From Mobula hypostoma (Eukaryota), in the NCBI RefSeq assembly GCF_963921235.1, contig NC_086108.1:12214001-12278000 (forward strand): a stretch of DNA of 64,000 nucleotides, written 5' to 3'. The number at the start of each line of letters is the position of its first letter. Within the stretch, counting starts at the first letter, position 1. Of this stretch, positions 1-11,580 are shown one piece after another. The position numbers and the translations under genes are program-made. The notes below the pieces were generated by a model, which was not told the DNA's origin, did not search any database, and worked only from the letters and a program-made list of their open reading frames with translations.

Positions 1-19
1 AATGGACAGCCAGTGACCT

Positions 20-365
20 TCCCCAGCAATGACCAATACAAAAGGACATAATTTTAAAGTGATTTGAGTATGGGGTGGTGTCAGAGTAAGTGGCAATTGA
101 TAGATTTTTGATTAGTTAGAGTGTCAAAAGTTGCAGGGTGAAGGCAGGAAAATGAGGGGATGTCAGAGGTAAGTTTTTTTTACGCAGAGAGTGGTAGGTG
201 CAGATGTGGTGAGAGAGGCAGATTCATGAGGGGAATTGAAGAAATTAGATGATGGGAAAATGGGGGACAATGTAGGAGGGAGGGATCACATTGATCATAG
301 AGTAGGGTAAAAGGTCGGCACAACATTGTGGGCCAAAGGGCCGGTACTGTACTGTAATGTTCTCT
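20..365 (+). mobile_element. CR1-type LINE 3' fragment (rearranged)
   Basis: End of ORF2 (ggggatgtcagaggtaagtttttttacgcagagagtggtagg) and 3'UTR (ggtcggcacaacattgtgggccaaagggcc...gttctctgt) match other CR1 3' ends in the window, e.g. 17960-18205. Confidence 0.7.
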
Positions 366-579
366 GTATCGGACACTTAACTGCCAGTGATGTCCTTATT
401 GTGGCTGAGTCAGTCACACAAAACTAGAATATGAGGGATCAATCAGTTTGTAGAAGTCTGCCCCAGATTTTTGAGGTTCCAATCCCTTCCCAGTGCACCT
501 CTAACATCCAGACACTAAAGTATTTTGCTTTTCCATTTCCGGATTGGCATAAGGTTGCAATGGGGGAAGGTACAAATAG

Positions 580-1082
580 ACCATAAAACAATAGGACCAT
601 AAGATATAGGAGTAAAATTAGACCATTTGGCTCATCAAATCTGCTCCATCATTTCATCATGGCTCATCTATTTTCCTTCTCAGCCCCAATCTCATGCCTT
701 CTCCACATACCCCTTCATGCCCTGAACGATCAAGAATCTATTAACCTTTACCTTAAGTATACCCAAAGACTTGGCCTCCACAGCCGCCTGTGGCAACGAA
801 TTCCACAGATTCACCACCCTCTGGCTAAAGAACTTCCTTCTCATCTTCGTTCTAAAAGGACATCCCTGTATTCTGAGGCTGGGTCTTCTGGTCTCAGACT
901 CTCCCACCATAGGAGACATTCTCTCCACATCCGCTCTATCAAGATCTTTCAACATTCGATAGGTTTCAATAAGAACCCCCTACCACCACCACCATTCTTC
1001 TGAATTCCAGTGAGTACAGGCCAAGAGCTATCAAACACTCCCCATATGATAAGCCTTTCAATCCTGGAACCATCTTTGCGAA
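580..1082 (-). mobile_element. CR1-type LINE 3' fragment
   Basis: ORF 692..955(-) LDRADVERM...RRKFFSQRVVNLWNSLPQAAVEA is a CR1 ORF2 C-terminus. 3' tail gaccataaga on +. Confidence 0.85.
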
Positions 1083-1689
1083 CCTGTATGAAAATAATCA
1101 AGCACTCCATTTTTAACAACATTTCTGCATTCTTCAGCCACTCTCTGTCTGGGAGGCACGTGCAGAAGGAAGATAGAAAGGGTACAAGACCCACAGAGCA
1201 AGTGGAACGAACTTGCTTCCCCGAGTTCACAAACTGCCTGTTTAGTAATGACCAGCGACCGATATAAATCAGAAATGCATCAGATTGACATTTCATGTCG
1301 ATATCCAGACTCTTGCAGTAACAGGTTCCATAATGTGGTTCCAGAGACCTCTGGCTCAGAGTATGGCACCAACAACACTACACGCAAGGGCTGAGTTTGA
1401 TGTTGCCCTGATAAGCTTTGGCTTCTGTGCCCCAGGAGCATCACCAGAGTCTGCAACACTCTCCATTCCAACTGAGCTCACAGGATTTTTAATCAAATCA
1501 CAGCCTGCCTTTCCAAAACAAGGAGCGCAGGTAATGGAAGGCTAGCTTCCACAGCAACAACGTATGAAAATGGGGTATTGGTTTCTGTAGGTATGCTGGC
1601 AGCATTCTGATTCATCGCTCTCCTGATCCCATTACCATCTCCAGTTTATCACTTCTTGCCCCATAACCAGTGCAGTTGGGAGTGAGAAA

Positions 1690-1820
1690 TGCAAGAGAAT
1701 CTGCAGAATGCTGGACATGCAGAGTAACACGTGCACAATGCTGGAGGAGCTCGGCAGGTCAGGCAACATCTAGGGAGAGGAATAAACAGTCAATGTTTTG
1801 GGCCATGACCCTTCGTCAAT
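1690..1820 (-). mobile_element. Penelope-like pLTR end fragment with decayed hammerhead motif
   Basis: aatctgcagaatgctgga...gctggaggagctcggcaggtcaggcaacatc...gtcaatgttttgggccatgacccttcgtca is homologous to the pLTR at 15110-15250. Confidence 0.65.
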
Positions 1821-2040
1821 GAGGTACCTTGCAACAGGGAACACCACAAAGCGTAAATCTACAGCACAGGTCAAAACAGAACGAACTTTGTTGAAAACAG
1901 TACCTATCTATTTAATGCAAAGTTAAAACTTAAAAGTAAGTTTACTATCACAGTCCGTATATCTCACCATATATGATGTTGAGATTGATTTTCTTGTGGG
2001 AGTTCACAGTAGAACAAAGAAATACAATAGAATCAATGAA

Positions 2041-5000
2041 ACATAGAAACATAGAAAACCTACAGCACAATACAGGTCCTTCGGCCCACAATGCTGACCC
2101 GAACAGGTACTTACTTTAGAAATTACCTAGGTTTACCCATAGCCCTCTATTTTTCTAAGCTCCGTGTACCTATCCAGTTGTCTCTTGAAAGACCCTAACG
2201 TATCCGCCTCCACCACCGTCACCAGCAGCTCATCCCACGCACTCACCACACTCTGCGTAAAAAAACTTACTCCTGACATCCCCTCTGCACTTACTTCCAA
2301 GCACCTTAAAACTGTGCCCTCCCGTGTTAGCCATTTCAGCCCTCGGAAAAAGCCTCTGACTATCCAAATGATCAATGTCTTTCATCATCTTATACAGATC
2401 TATCAGGTCACCTCTCATCCTCCGTCACTCCAAGGAGAAAAGGCCGAGTTCACTCAACCTATTCTCATAAGGCATGCTCCCCAATCCAGGCAACATCTTT
2501 GTAAATCTACTCTGCACTTTTTCTATCGTTTCCACATCCTTCCTGTAGTGGTGTGACCAGAACTGAGCACAGTATTCCAAGTGAGGTCTGACCAGGGTCC
2601 TATAAAGCTATAACATTACATCTCAGCTCTTAAACTCAATCTCATATTTGATGAAGGCTAATGCACTATATGCCTTCTTAACCAGACAGTCAACCTGCGC
2701 ATCAGCTTTGAGTGTCTTATGGACTCAGACCCCAAGATCCCTCTGATCCTCTACACTGTCAAGAGTCTTATTTATCTGGATTGAACTCCATCTGCCACTT
2801 CTCATCCCAGTTTTGCATCCTATCAATGTCCCGCTGTAACCTCTGACAGCCCTCCACACTATCCACAACACCCACAACATTAGTGTCATCAGCACATTTA
2901 CTAACCCATCCCTCCACTTCCTCATTCAGGTCATTTATAAAAGTCATGACGAGAAGGGCTCCTAGAACAGATCCCTGAGGCACACCACTGGTCACCGATC
3001 TCTAAGCAGAATATGACCCGTCTACAACCACTCTTTGCCTCTGTGAGCAAGCCAGTTCTGGATCCACAAAGCAAGGTCCCTTGGATCCCACGCCTCCTTA
3101 CATTCTCAATCAGCCTTGCATGGGATACCTTATCAAATGCCTTGCTGAAATCCATATACACTGCATCTACTGCTCTACCTTCATCAATGTGTTTAGTCAC
3201 ATACTCAAAAAATTCAATCAGGATCGTAAGGCACCACCTGCCTTTGACAAAGTCATGCTGACTATTCCTACTCATATTATGCCTCTCCAAATGTTCATAA
3301 ATCCTGCTTCTCAGGATCTTCTCCATCAACTTACCAACCACTGAAGTAAGACTCACTGGTCTATAATTTCCTGGGCTATCTCTATTCCCCTTCTTGAATA
3401 AGGGAATAACATATGCAACCCTCCAATCCTCCAGAATCTCCCCTGTCCTCATGCGTGATGCAAATATCATTGCCAGAGGCTCAGCGATCTTCTCCCTCAC
3501 TGCCCATAGTAGTCTGAGGTACACCTTTTCTGGTCCTGGAGACTTATCCAACTTGATGCTTTCCAAAAGTTCCAGCACATCCTCTTTCTTAATGTCTATA
3601 TGCTCAAACTTTTCAATCAGCTGTACGTCATTCCTACAATTGCCAAGATCCTTTTCTGTAGTGAATACTGAAGCAAAGTATTCATTAAGTATCTCCGCTA
3701 CCTCCTCCAGTTCCATACACACTTTTCCACTGTCACAATTGATTGGTCCTATTCTCTCATGCCTTATCCTCTTGCTCTTCACATACTTGTAGAATGCCTT
3801 GGGGTTTCCTTAATCCTGCCCACCAAGACCTTCTCATGGCCCCTTCTGGCTCTCCTAATTTCATTTTTAAGCTCCTTCCTGCTAGCTTTATAATCTTCTA
3901 GATCTCTATCATTACCTAGTTTCTTGAACCTCTCGTAAGCATTTCTTTTCTTCTTGACTAGATTTTCAACAGCCTTTGTACACCATGGTTCCTGTACCCT
4001 ACCATCCTTTCCCTGTCTCATTGGAACATACCCATGCAGAATGCCACACAAATATACCCTGAACATTTACCACATTTCTGCCATACATTTGCCTGAGAAC
4101 ATCTGTTTCCAATTTATGCTTCCAAGTTCCTGCCTGATAGCCTCATATTTTCCCTTACTCCAATTAAATGCTTTCCTAACTTGTCTGTTCCTATCCCTGT
4201 CCAAAGTTATGGTAAAGGAGATAGAAATGTGATCACTATCTCCAAAATGCTCTCCCACTGAGCGTCCTGACACCTGACCAGGTTCATTTCTCAATACCAG
4301 ATCAAGAACAGCCTCTGCTCTTGTAGGCTTATCTACATATTGTGTCAGGAAACCTTCTTGAACACACCTAACAATCTCCACCCCATCTAAACACTTTGTT
4401 CTGGGGAGATGCCAATCAATATTTGGGAAATTAAAATCTCCCACCACAACAACCCTGTTATTATTACACCTTTCCAGAATCTGTCTCCCTATCTGCTCTT
4501 CGATGTCCCTGTTACTATTGAGTGGTCTATAAAAAACAACCAGTAGAGTTATTGACCCCTTCCTATTTCCAACTTTCACCTGCAAATACTCAGTAGACAA
4601 TCCCTCCATGACTTCCTCCTCTATCTCTGATCAGCAAGGCCACACCCCCACCTCTTTTGCCTCCCTCCCTGTTCTTTCTGAAACACCTAAAACCTGACAC
4701 TCTTAGTAACTATTTCTGTTCCTGAGCCATCCAAGTCTCTGTCAACATCATAGCTCCAAGTACTGATCCAGGCTCTAAGCTCAGCCACTTTGTTCATGAT
4801 GCTTCTTGCATTAAAATAAACACATTTCAACCCATTGATCTGAGCACATCCCTTCTCTATCACCTGCCTAATGTCCCTCTTGTCTCCAAGTTCTCTCTAT
4901 TTGTGAGCCAACTGCTTCTTTTTCTGTCTCTTCAGTTCAGTTCCCAATGCCCAGCAATTCTAGTTTAAACTCTCCCCAGTAGCCTTAGCAAACCTCCCTG

Positions 5001-5769
5001 CCAGGGTATTGGTCCCCCTCGGATTCAATTACAACACATCCTTTTTTGTACAGGTCATGTCTGCCCCAAAAGAGGTCCCAATGATCCAGAAATCTGAATC
5101 CCTGCCCCCTGCTCCAATCCCTCTGACACGCATTTATCCTCCACCTCACTCTATTCCTATACTCACTATCACGTGGCACAGGCAGTAATCCCGAGATTAC
5201 TACCTTTGAGGTCCTGTTTCTCAGCTTCTTTCCTAACTCCCTGTAGTCTGTTTTCAGGACCTCCTTCCTTTTCCTACCTATGTCATTGGTACCAATACGT
5301 ACCACGACCTCTGGCTGTTCATCTTCCCACTTCAGAATATCGTGGACGCGATCAGAAACATCCCAGATCCTGGCACCTGGGAGGCAAACTACCATCCATA
5401 TTTCTTCCCTGCATCCATAGAATCACCTGTCTGACCCCCTAACTATAGAGTCCCCTATCACTGCTGCCATCCTCTTCGTTTCCCTACCCTTCAGAGCCAC
5501 AGGGCCAAACTCTATGCCCGGCCACTTCTGCTTCCTCCAGGTAGGCCATCCCTCCCAACAAACAGGAGTAGTTGTTGGTACTCTCTAATATCTGACTCTT
5601 GCCCTTCCCTCTCCTGACTGTTACTCACTTATCTGACTCTCAAGGCCCCTGTGTGGCTACTTGCCTATAGCTCCTCGCTATCGCCTCCTCGCTCTCCCTG
5701 ACCAGACAAAGGTCATCCAGCTGCATCTCCGGTTCCCTAAACAGTCTCTAAGGAGCTGCAGCTCGACGC
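2041..5769 (-). mobile_element. CR1 LINE, 5'-truncated and internally deleted, ~3.7 kb
   Basis: SGNH-esterase-like ORF1 remnant 4985..5395 (VCLPGARI...IGTNDIG...FLDHW). AP endonuclease 4067..4609 (GDFNFPNIDW, GDSDH). RT 2931..3782 (PGNYRPVSLTSVVGK, YMDFSKAFDKV) and 2768..2995 (SGVPQGSVLG, ADD). (GAAACATA)n tail at 2038-2056. ATGAA duplicated at 2036-2040 and 5770-5774. Confidence 0.95.
2931..3782 (-). pseudogene. CR1 ORF2 reverse transcriptase fragment (frameshifted)
   Basis: 283-aa ORF with non-LTR RT motifs. The flanking ORF2 segments lie in other frames. Confidence 0.9.
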
Positions 5770-6261
5770 ATGAAGAACTGCACACAAAGACTGACAAATA
5801 AGCAATGTACAAAAGAAGGCCAACAGTGCAAATATAAAGATAACAACAAATAATAAATAAATAAATGCATAAATAAACAAATATATAAATAATATTGAGA
5901 GCTTGAGTTGTAGAGTCATTGAAAATGAGATCATTAATTATTCAGTGTTGCAGCGAGTGAAGTTATCCACACTAGTTCAGGAGCTGATGGTTGAAGGATA
6001 ATAACTGTTCCTAAACCTGGAGATGTGGGACCTGAGGCTCCTGCACTTCCTGCCCAATGGTAACAGCAAGAAGAGAGCATGGCTTGGATGGGGGGGTCCT
6101 TGATGATTAATGCTGCTTCCTTAAGGGAGTGCTCCTTGTAGATGTGCTCTGTGGCGGCGATGAATTAGGCTATGCCCACTGCTTTTGTTGGCTTTACCAA
6201 TCTTAGGCATTGGTGTTTCAACACCAGATCGCCATATGACCTGTCAGGATACTCTCCACTC

Positions 6262-6690
6262 TAGTTCGAGTTCGAGTTCATTATTATCTGACTATATATC
6301 TACAAATATACAAACCAAGCGAGACAATGTTCCTCCAGATCACTGTGCACTCACACAACACATAAAACAAAATATTGCACTCTAAATGAGTTCATAAAAT
6401 ATAATTCAAAATGTATGTGGTGAAGCACAACACAGGTAAACGGTAAACAGCTCGCTGTCCTGGTGATGAGATCTCGGTGGTGGCAGGATATTTAATAGTC
6501 TCACAGCCTAAAGGAAGAAGCTGTTACCCAATCTGACAGTCCTAGTCCTGATGCTCCTGTACCTCCTTCCTGATGGTAGCGGGTCAAAGAAATTGTGGGA
6601 GGTGCGGAAGGGATCCCCAACAATAGTTCGAGCCCTTCTTCTACAATGCTGCCGGTAATTGTCACAGTCAGGGAGAGGAGAGACCTGATG
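6262..6690 (-). mobile_element. Rex1/Babar-type LINE 3' fragment
   Basis: ORF 6508..6819(-) ends FDPLPSGRRYRSIRTRTVRLGNSFF, a Rex1-type ORF2 C-terminus. Short tandem (gttcga)n tail at ~6264-6280. Confidence 0.75.
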
Positions 6691-7639
6691 CACCTTCACC
6701 GTGCCTCTTTTAAAGTTTGTCACAGTTCTAGATGACGGCACTCCCAGCGTACCTGAGTAAGATAACCATTCTCCCCATGGACCAGGGACCAGAGTGTGGA
6801 TCTCTGGCCAAGAAGGCAAAGCACGTCAAACAGGAGGCAATGTTTAGAAAGGGTCAGGGATTTCCAAATGGCCTGGAGATTTCTGCCCTGCATGTTTCAG
6901 CTGGATGTGACTCCTGGGCTCAGCATTGATGACTGACGTTTGACACACTTCAACAACAAAACAATTTTTAAAAATTAACAGATGCTCTACAATATTAGAG
7001 CATTGCCATAAATTAAGATCTATTTAACCAAGAGCTGTTAATGCATTATAATAATTGCGAATTTCAGTAAATCTGTAAGTATAGAACAATAAACCTTTGC
7101 TGAACATTTGGCTGCATTATTTAACATGCTGTTAATCTGTAATAAGTACAAGAACAAAATGTTGTTTTCATGTCATTGTCTATCTCCCTAGCTGCTCTGA
7201 TTATATCCATTGTCTGGGTGATGAGAGATACCGTTAGTAGCATGAGGTCACCTGCTCCCTATTCCATTCTTCAAAGTACATTCGCTTTATGGTCTTCTCA
7301 TCGGTGACCTTGACCACTGAGTTCAATATTGCATTTCAGGACCTGATCCACTCTGGCAGAGTTTAGCTCCTTCCATCATATAGAAAGTCAGACTTATTAT
7401 TCTCTGTGTAAATCCTTCTCTAGTCTCCTCTCCCACCCCCTCCCTCAACCTCATCTTGTTTCAGAGATTCCTCTAACCCTTTCTCTTCAGCTCGATGGTC
7501 ACCATAATAGCAACAACCTCCTTTTTGATTCCACTTTCCCAAATTAAGAAAAACAACCTGAGCTGCCTGAAGAAGTGTAATGAAACAGAAGTGGACTTTA
7601 AGCCACATAACGTGGTGTAATATATCAGCACAGCAACAA

Positions 7640-9136
7640 CTTTGCACTGAACATCAGTAAGAACAAAGAACTGATTCTGGGCTTCAGAAAGGGTAAGACG
7701 AGTGAACACACACCAGTCCTCAGAGTGGGATCAGAAGTGGAGAGAATCAGCAGTTTCAAATTCCTGGTTGTCAACATCTCTGAAGTTCTAACCTTGACCC
7801 AACATATCGATGTAGCTACAAAGAAGGCTATATTTCATTAGGAGTTTGCAAAGATTTGGTTTGTCACCAAAGGCACTTGTAAATCTCTACAAATGTACCC
7901 TTGGAGAGCATTCAAACTGGCTGCATCACCGTCTGGTAAGGGGAGAGGGTGGCTACTACACAAGATTGAAATAAACTGCAGAGAGTTGTAAACTTAGTCA
8001 GCTCCATTGTAGGCACTAACCTCTGTAATATCCCGGTTATCTTCAGGGAGTGATGCCTCAAAAAGGTGGCATCAATCATTCAGGACTCCCATCACCCAGG
8101 ACATGCCCTCTTTTCATTGCTGCCATCAAAGAGGAGGTACAGGGACCTGAAGACATACACTCAATGATTCATGAACATCTTCTTCCCCTCTGCCATCTGA
8201 TTTCTGAAGGAACGTCAAACACATGAGCACTATTTCTCTGTAACTTCTCTCATCTTCAAGGGGATCTCACCACCAAGCACATCTTTCTGCTTTCTGCAGG
8301 GTTTGCCCGCTACATGACTCCCTTGACCCTTTGTCCCTCCCCGCTGATCTTCCTCCTGGCACTTATCCTTGCAAGCAGAACAAGTGCGACACCTGCCCCT
8401 GCACCTCCTCCCTCACTACCATTCAGGAACTCAGACAGTCCTTCCAGGTGAGATGACACTTCACCTATGAGACGGTTAGGGTCATCTACTTTATCCAGTG
8501 CTCCTGGTGTGGCCTCCCGTATAATGGTATGAACATTGATTTCTCAAACTTCAGATAATGCCCCCCCCCCACTTCACCATTCCCCATTCCCATTTCCATC
8601 TCTCACTTTATCTCCTTATCTGCCCGTTGCCTCCCTCTGGTGCTCCTCACCTTTTTCTTTATTCTATGCCTGTGTCCTCTCCCTTCAGATTCCCCCTTCT
8701 CCCGCCCTATATCTCTTTCACCAATCAACTTCCTAGCTTGTTACTTCAACCGTCCCCCTTCCCAGTTTCACCCATCACCTTGTGTTTTTTCCTCCCTTCC
8801 CCCCACCTTCTAACATCTGACTCCTCATCTTTTTTTTCCAGTTGTGATGACGGGACTCAGCCCAAAATGTCAACCGTACTCTTTTCCATAGATACTGTCT
8901 GACCTGCGAAGTTTCTTCATCATTTTGTGTGTGGATTTTCAGCGTCTGCAGATTTTCTGTTTGTGATTGAATACCATCTAATTCATTTTTTATTTCTATT
9001 TTTGCAATGCTTATTTAATTTATATACATACTATAATTCATGTATTTTCTCTATTATCAAGTATTGCATTGTACTGCTGGTGCAGAGTTAACAAGTTTCA
9101 CGACATATGCCAGTAATATTAACCCTAATTCTGATT
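7640..9136 (+). mobile_element. Rex1/Babar-type LINE fragment interrupted by a Penelope fragment
   Basis: Decayed ORF2 C-terminal sequence at 7640-8230 (aacaaagaactgattctgggcttcagaaagg; ttgctgccatcaaagaggaggtacagg). The 3'UTR resumes at ~8970 and ends in ...ctaattctgattc. Confidence 0.65.
8240..8965 (+). mobile_element. Penelope-like element fragment (GIY-YIG region plus pLTR)
   Basis: Homologous to 15504-16490 (ggcacttatccttgcaagcagaacaagtgc; gtcatctactttatccagtgctcc). Pyrimidine-rich pLTR with a hammerhead relic at ~8843-8875. Confidence 0.8.
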
Positions 9137-9142
9137 CTTTTG

Positions 9143-10262
9143 GTGTTCCCCACTGCAAAGCTGCCAGCATGCAGTGTTCCCCAGTGCAAAGCTGCCAGTA
9201 CACAGTGTTGTCCAGTGCAAAGCTGCCACTATGCAGTGTTCCCCAGTGCAAAGCTGCCAGTATGCAGTGTTCTTCAGTGCAAATCTGCCAGCATGCAGTG
9301 TTCCCCAGTGCAAAGCTGCCACTATGCAGTGTTGCCCAGTGCAAAACTGCCAGTATGCAGTTTTCCTCAGTGCAAAGCTGTCGGTATACAGTGTTGTCCA
9401 GTGCAAAGCTGCCACTATGCAGTGTTTCCCAGTGCAAAGCTGCCAGTATGCAGTGTTCCCCAGTGCAAAGCTGCCACTATGCAGTGTTCCCCAGTGCAAA
9501 ACTGCCAGTATGCAGTTTTCCTCAGTGCAAAGCTGCTGGTATACAGTGTTGTCCAGTGCAAAGCTGCCACTATGCAGTGTTCCCCAGTGCAAAACTGCCA
9601 CTATGCAGTGTTCCCCAGTGCAAAACTGCCATATGCAGTTTTCCTCAGTGCAAAGCTGCCGGTATACAGTGTTCCCCAGTGCAAAGCTGCCACTATGCAG
9701 TGTTCCCCAGTGCAAAGCTGCCAGTATGCAGTGTTGTCCAGTGCAAATCTGCCACTATGCAGTGTTCCCCAGTGCAAAGCTGCCAGTATGCAGTGTTGTC
9801 CAGTGCAAAGCTGCCACTATGCAGTGTTCCCCAGTGCAAAGTTGCCACTATGCAGTGTTCCCCAGTGCAAAGCTGCCAGTATGCAGTGTTGTCCAGTGCA
9901 AATCTGCCAGCATGCAGTGTTCCCCAATGCAAAGCTGCCACTATGCAGTGTTCCCCAGTGCAAAACTGCCAGTATGCAGTTTTCCTCAGTGCAAAGCTGC
10001 CGGTATACAGTGTTGTTCAGTGCAAAGCTGCCACTATGCAGTGTTCCCCAGTGCAAAGCTGCCAGTATGCAGTGTTGTCCAGTGCAAAGCTGCCACTATG
10101 CAGTGTTCCCCAGTGCAAAGCTGCCAGTATGCAGTGTTGTCCAGTGCAAAGCTGCCACTATGCAATGTTCCCGAGTGTAAAACTGCCAGTACACAGTGTG
10201 CCCCAGTGCAAAGCTGTCAGTATGCAGTGTTCCCCAGTACAAAGCTGCCAGTATGCAGTGTT
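9143..10262. repeat. 31-bp minisatellite, ~36 copies (GCAGTGTTCCCCAGTGCAAAGCTGCCA[C/G]TAT)
   Basis: Directly visible tandem array. The three overlapping Cys-rich + ORFs all encode the same 31-aa repeat because 31 is not a multiple of 3. Confidence 0.97.
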
Positions 10263-10737
10263 GCCTGGTTTAGAGGGCATGTGATATAATGAGAGGCTGG
10301 ATAAAGTTGTGTTGTTTTGTCCAGAGTGCCGGAGACTAGACAGAAGTTTATGAGAATATGAGAGGCATAGATAAAGTAGACAGGGAGTATCTGTTTCCTG
10401 GGGCTGAAATGTCTAATACCAGAGGTCATCCATTGAAGGTGAGAGGGGATAGGTTCAAAGGGGGATGGGTTCAAGGGGGATGTAAGGCGTCAGTTTTTTA
10501 CGCAGAAAGTGGTGGATGCCTGGAATGCACTGCCTGGTATGGTGCTCGAAGCAAATACGTTTGAGGCTTTTAAGAGGCACTTGGATAGGCACATGGATGT
10601 AAAAAAGATGGAAGGATACGGACATGCTGTAGGTAGGAGGGATTATTGTTTGGGCTTTTTATTTGCATTTTAGCTGGTTTGGCATTACATTTGAGCCGAA
10701 TGGCCAGATCTATGGTGTTCTGTCTATGTTTTATGTT
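10258..10737 (+). mobile_element. CR1-type LINE 3' fragment
   Basis: Starts ttgcctggtttagagggcatg (LPGLEGM). ORF 10358..10564 MRGIDKVDREYLFP...TRGH. Tail ...tctatgttttatgttc. Confidence 0.8.
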
Positions 10738-11580
10738 CAGTGTTCTATACAGTGTTCCCCAGTAACAGGTTTCCTAATACAGAAACCCAAAGTGGCATCA
10801 TTTCCAACTTCCTGAGCTGCCCCAGAATGGGCATAATGCTTATGTGTCCCTTTCTCTTATTCTCAGTGCTTCTCAGTGAGAGGGAGAAGCCTCTAACAAG
10901 TTGCTTCTGTGACAGATTGTAGCAATGGAACTGTATCTCATGACAGGAAGGAAAGTGCAAAAAGAATTGTGAGCAAATCCAGAAGGCGGCAATAAGAAAT
11001 GAGCTGGAAATTTTCAATACCTTCTTCAGGGATGTGGAAATGTTAATAATACATTGACACGATGAATGCCTAATAAAAAAGCACATTTGACAGCCTACTA
11101 CAACACAGTGTGCCAGAGAGACAGAGCATGCCTCCCCCTTACTTGAGACGTAGGAGGAGATGTGGGTTATGGAACACTGTGGAGGGATGGAACATTCTGG
11201 AGGTATGAAACACCGTTTAGTTCCTGGTGTTCTACGGAAACCAATCTCTGTCGAACCCCTATACAACAAATACTCTCTAATCCAGGTTCTGGTGAATCCC
11301 TGATGAACGCTGTTCAGAACACCCACATCCACCAGAACCACACACAATACTCTGTATGTAGCCTTACTAAAGTTTCATACAACTACAACATGACCTCCCA
11401 ACTTGGTGGGGGGGGGGGCAATCTGGTGAGGGGGTGAGGATTTGTTCTCATTGCTACCATCAGGGAGGAGGTACAGAAACATGAAGGCACACACTCAACA
11501 ATTCAGGAGCAACTTCTTTCCCTCTGCCATCTGACTTATGAATGGACAGTGAACCCATGAACACTGCTTCACTACTTTAA

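Larger units (their letters stand above)
1930..6260 (-). mobile_element. Rex1/Babar-type LINE 3' part, split by the CR1 at 2041-5769
   Basis: ...aatacaatagaatcaATGAA (to 2040) resumes as ATGAAgaactgcacacaaagactgac (5770). The downstream part resembles other Rex1-type fragments (35815-36250, 24845-25460). Confidence 0.6.

Noticed and set aside
9040..10289. Cys-rich keratin-associated or metallothionein-like gene
   Set aside because: The ORFs come from a stop-free 31-bp repeat read in all three frames. They start in a LINE tail and end in a CR1 fragment.
10745..11437. 200-aa (-) and 91-aa (+) ORFs in unique sequence
   Set aside because: No recognisable domain and no convincing splice signals. 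The + ORF runs into a LINE fragment.
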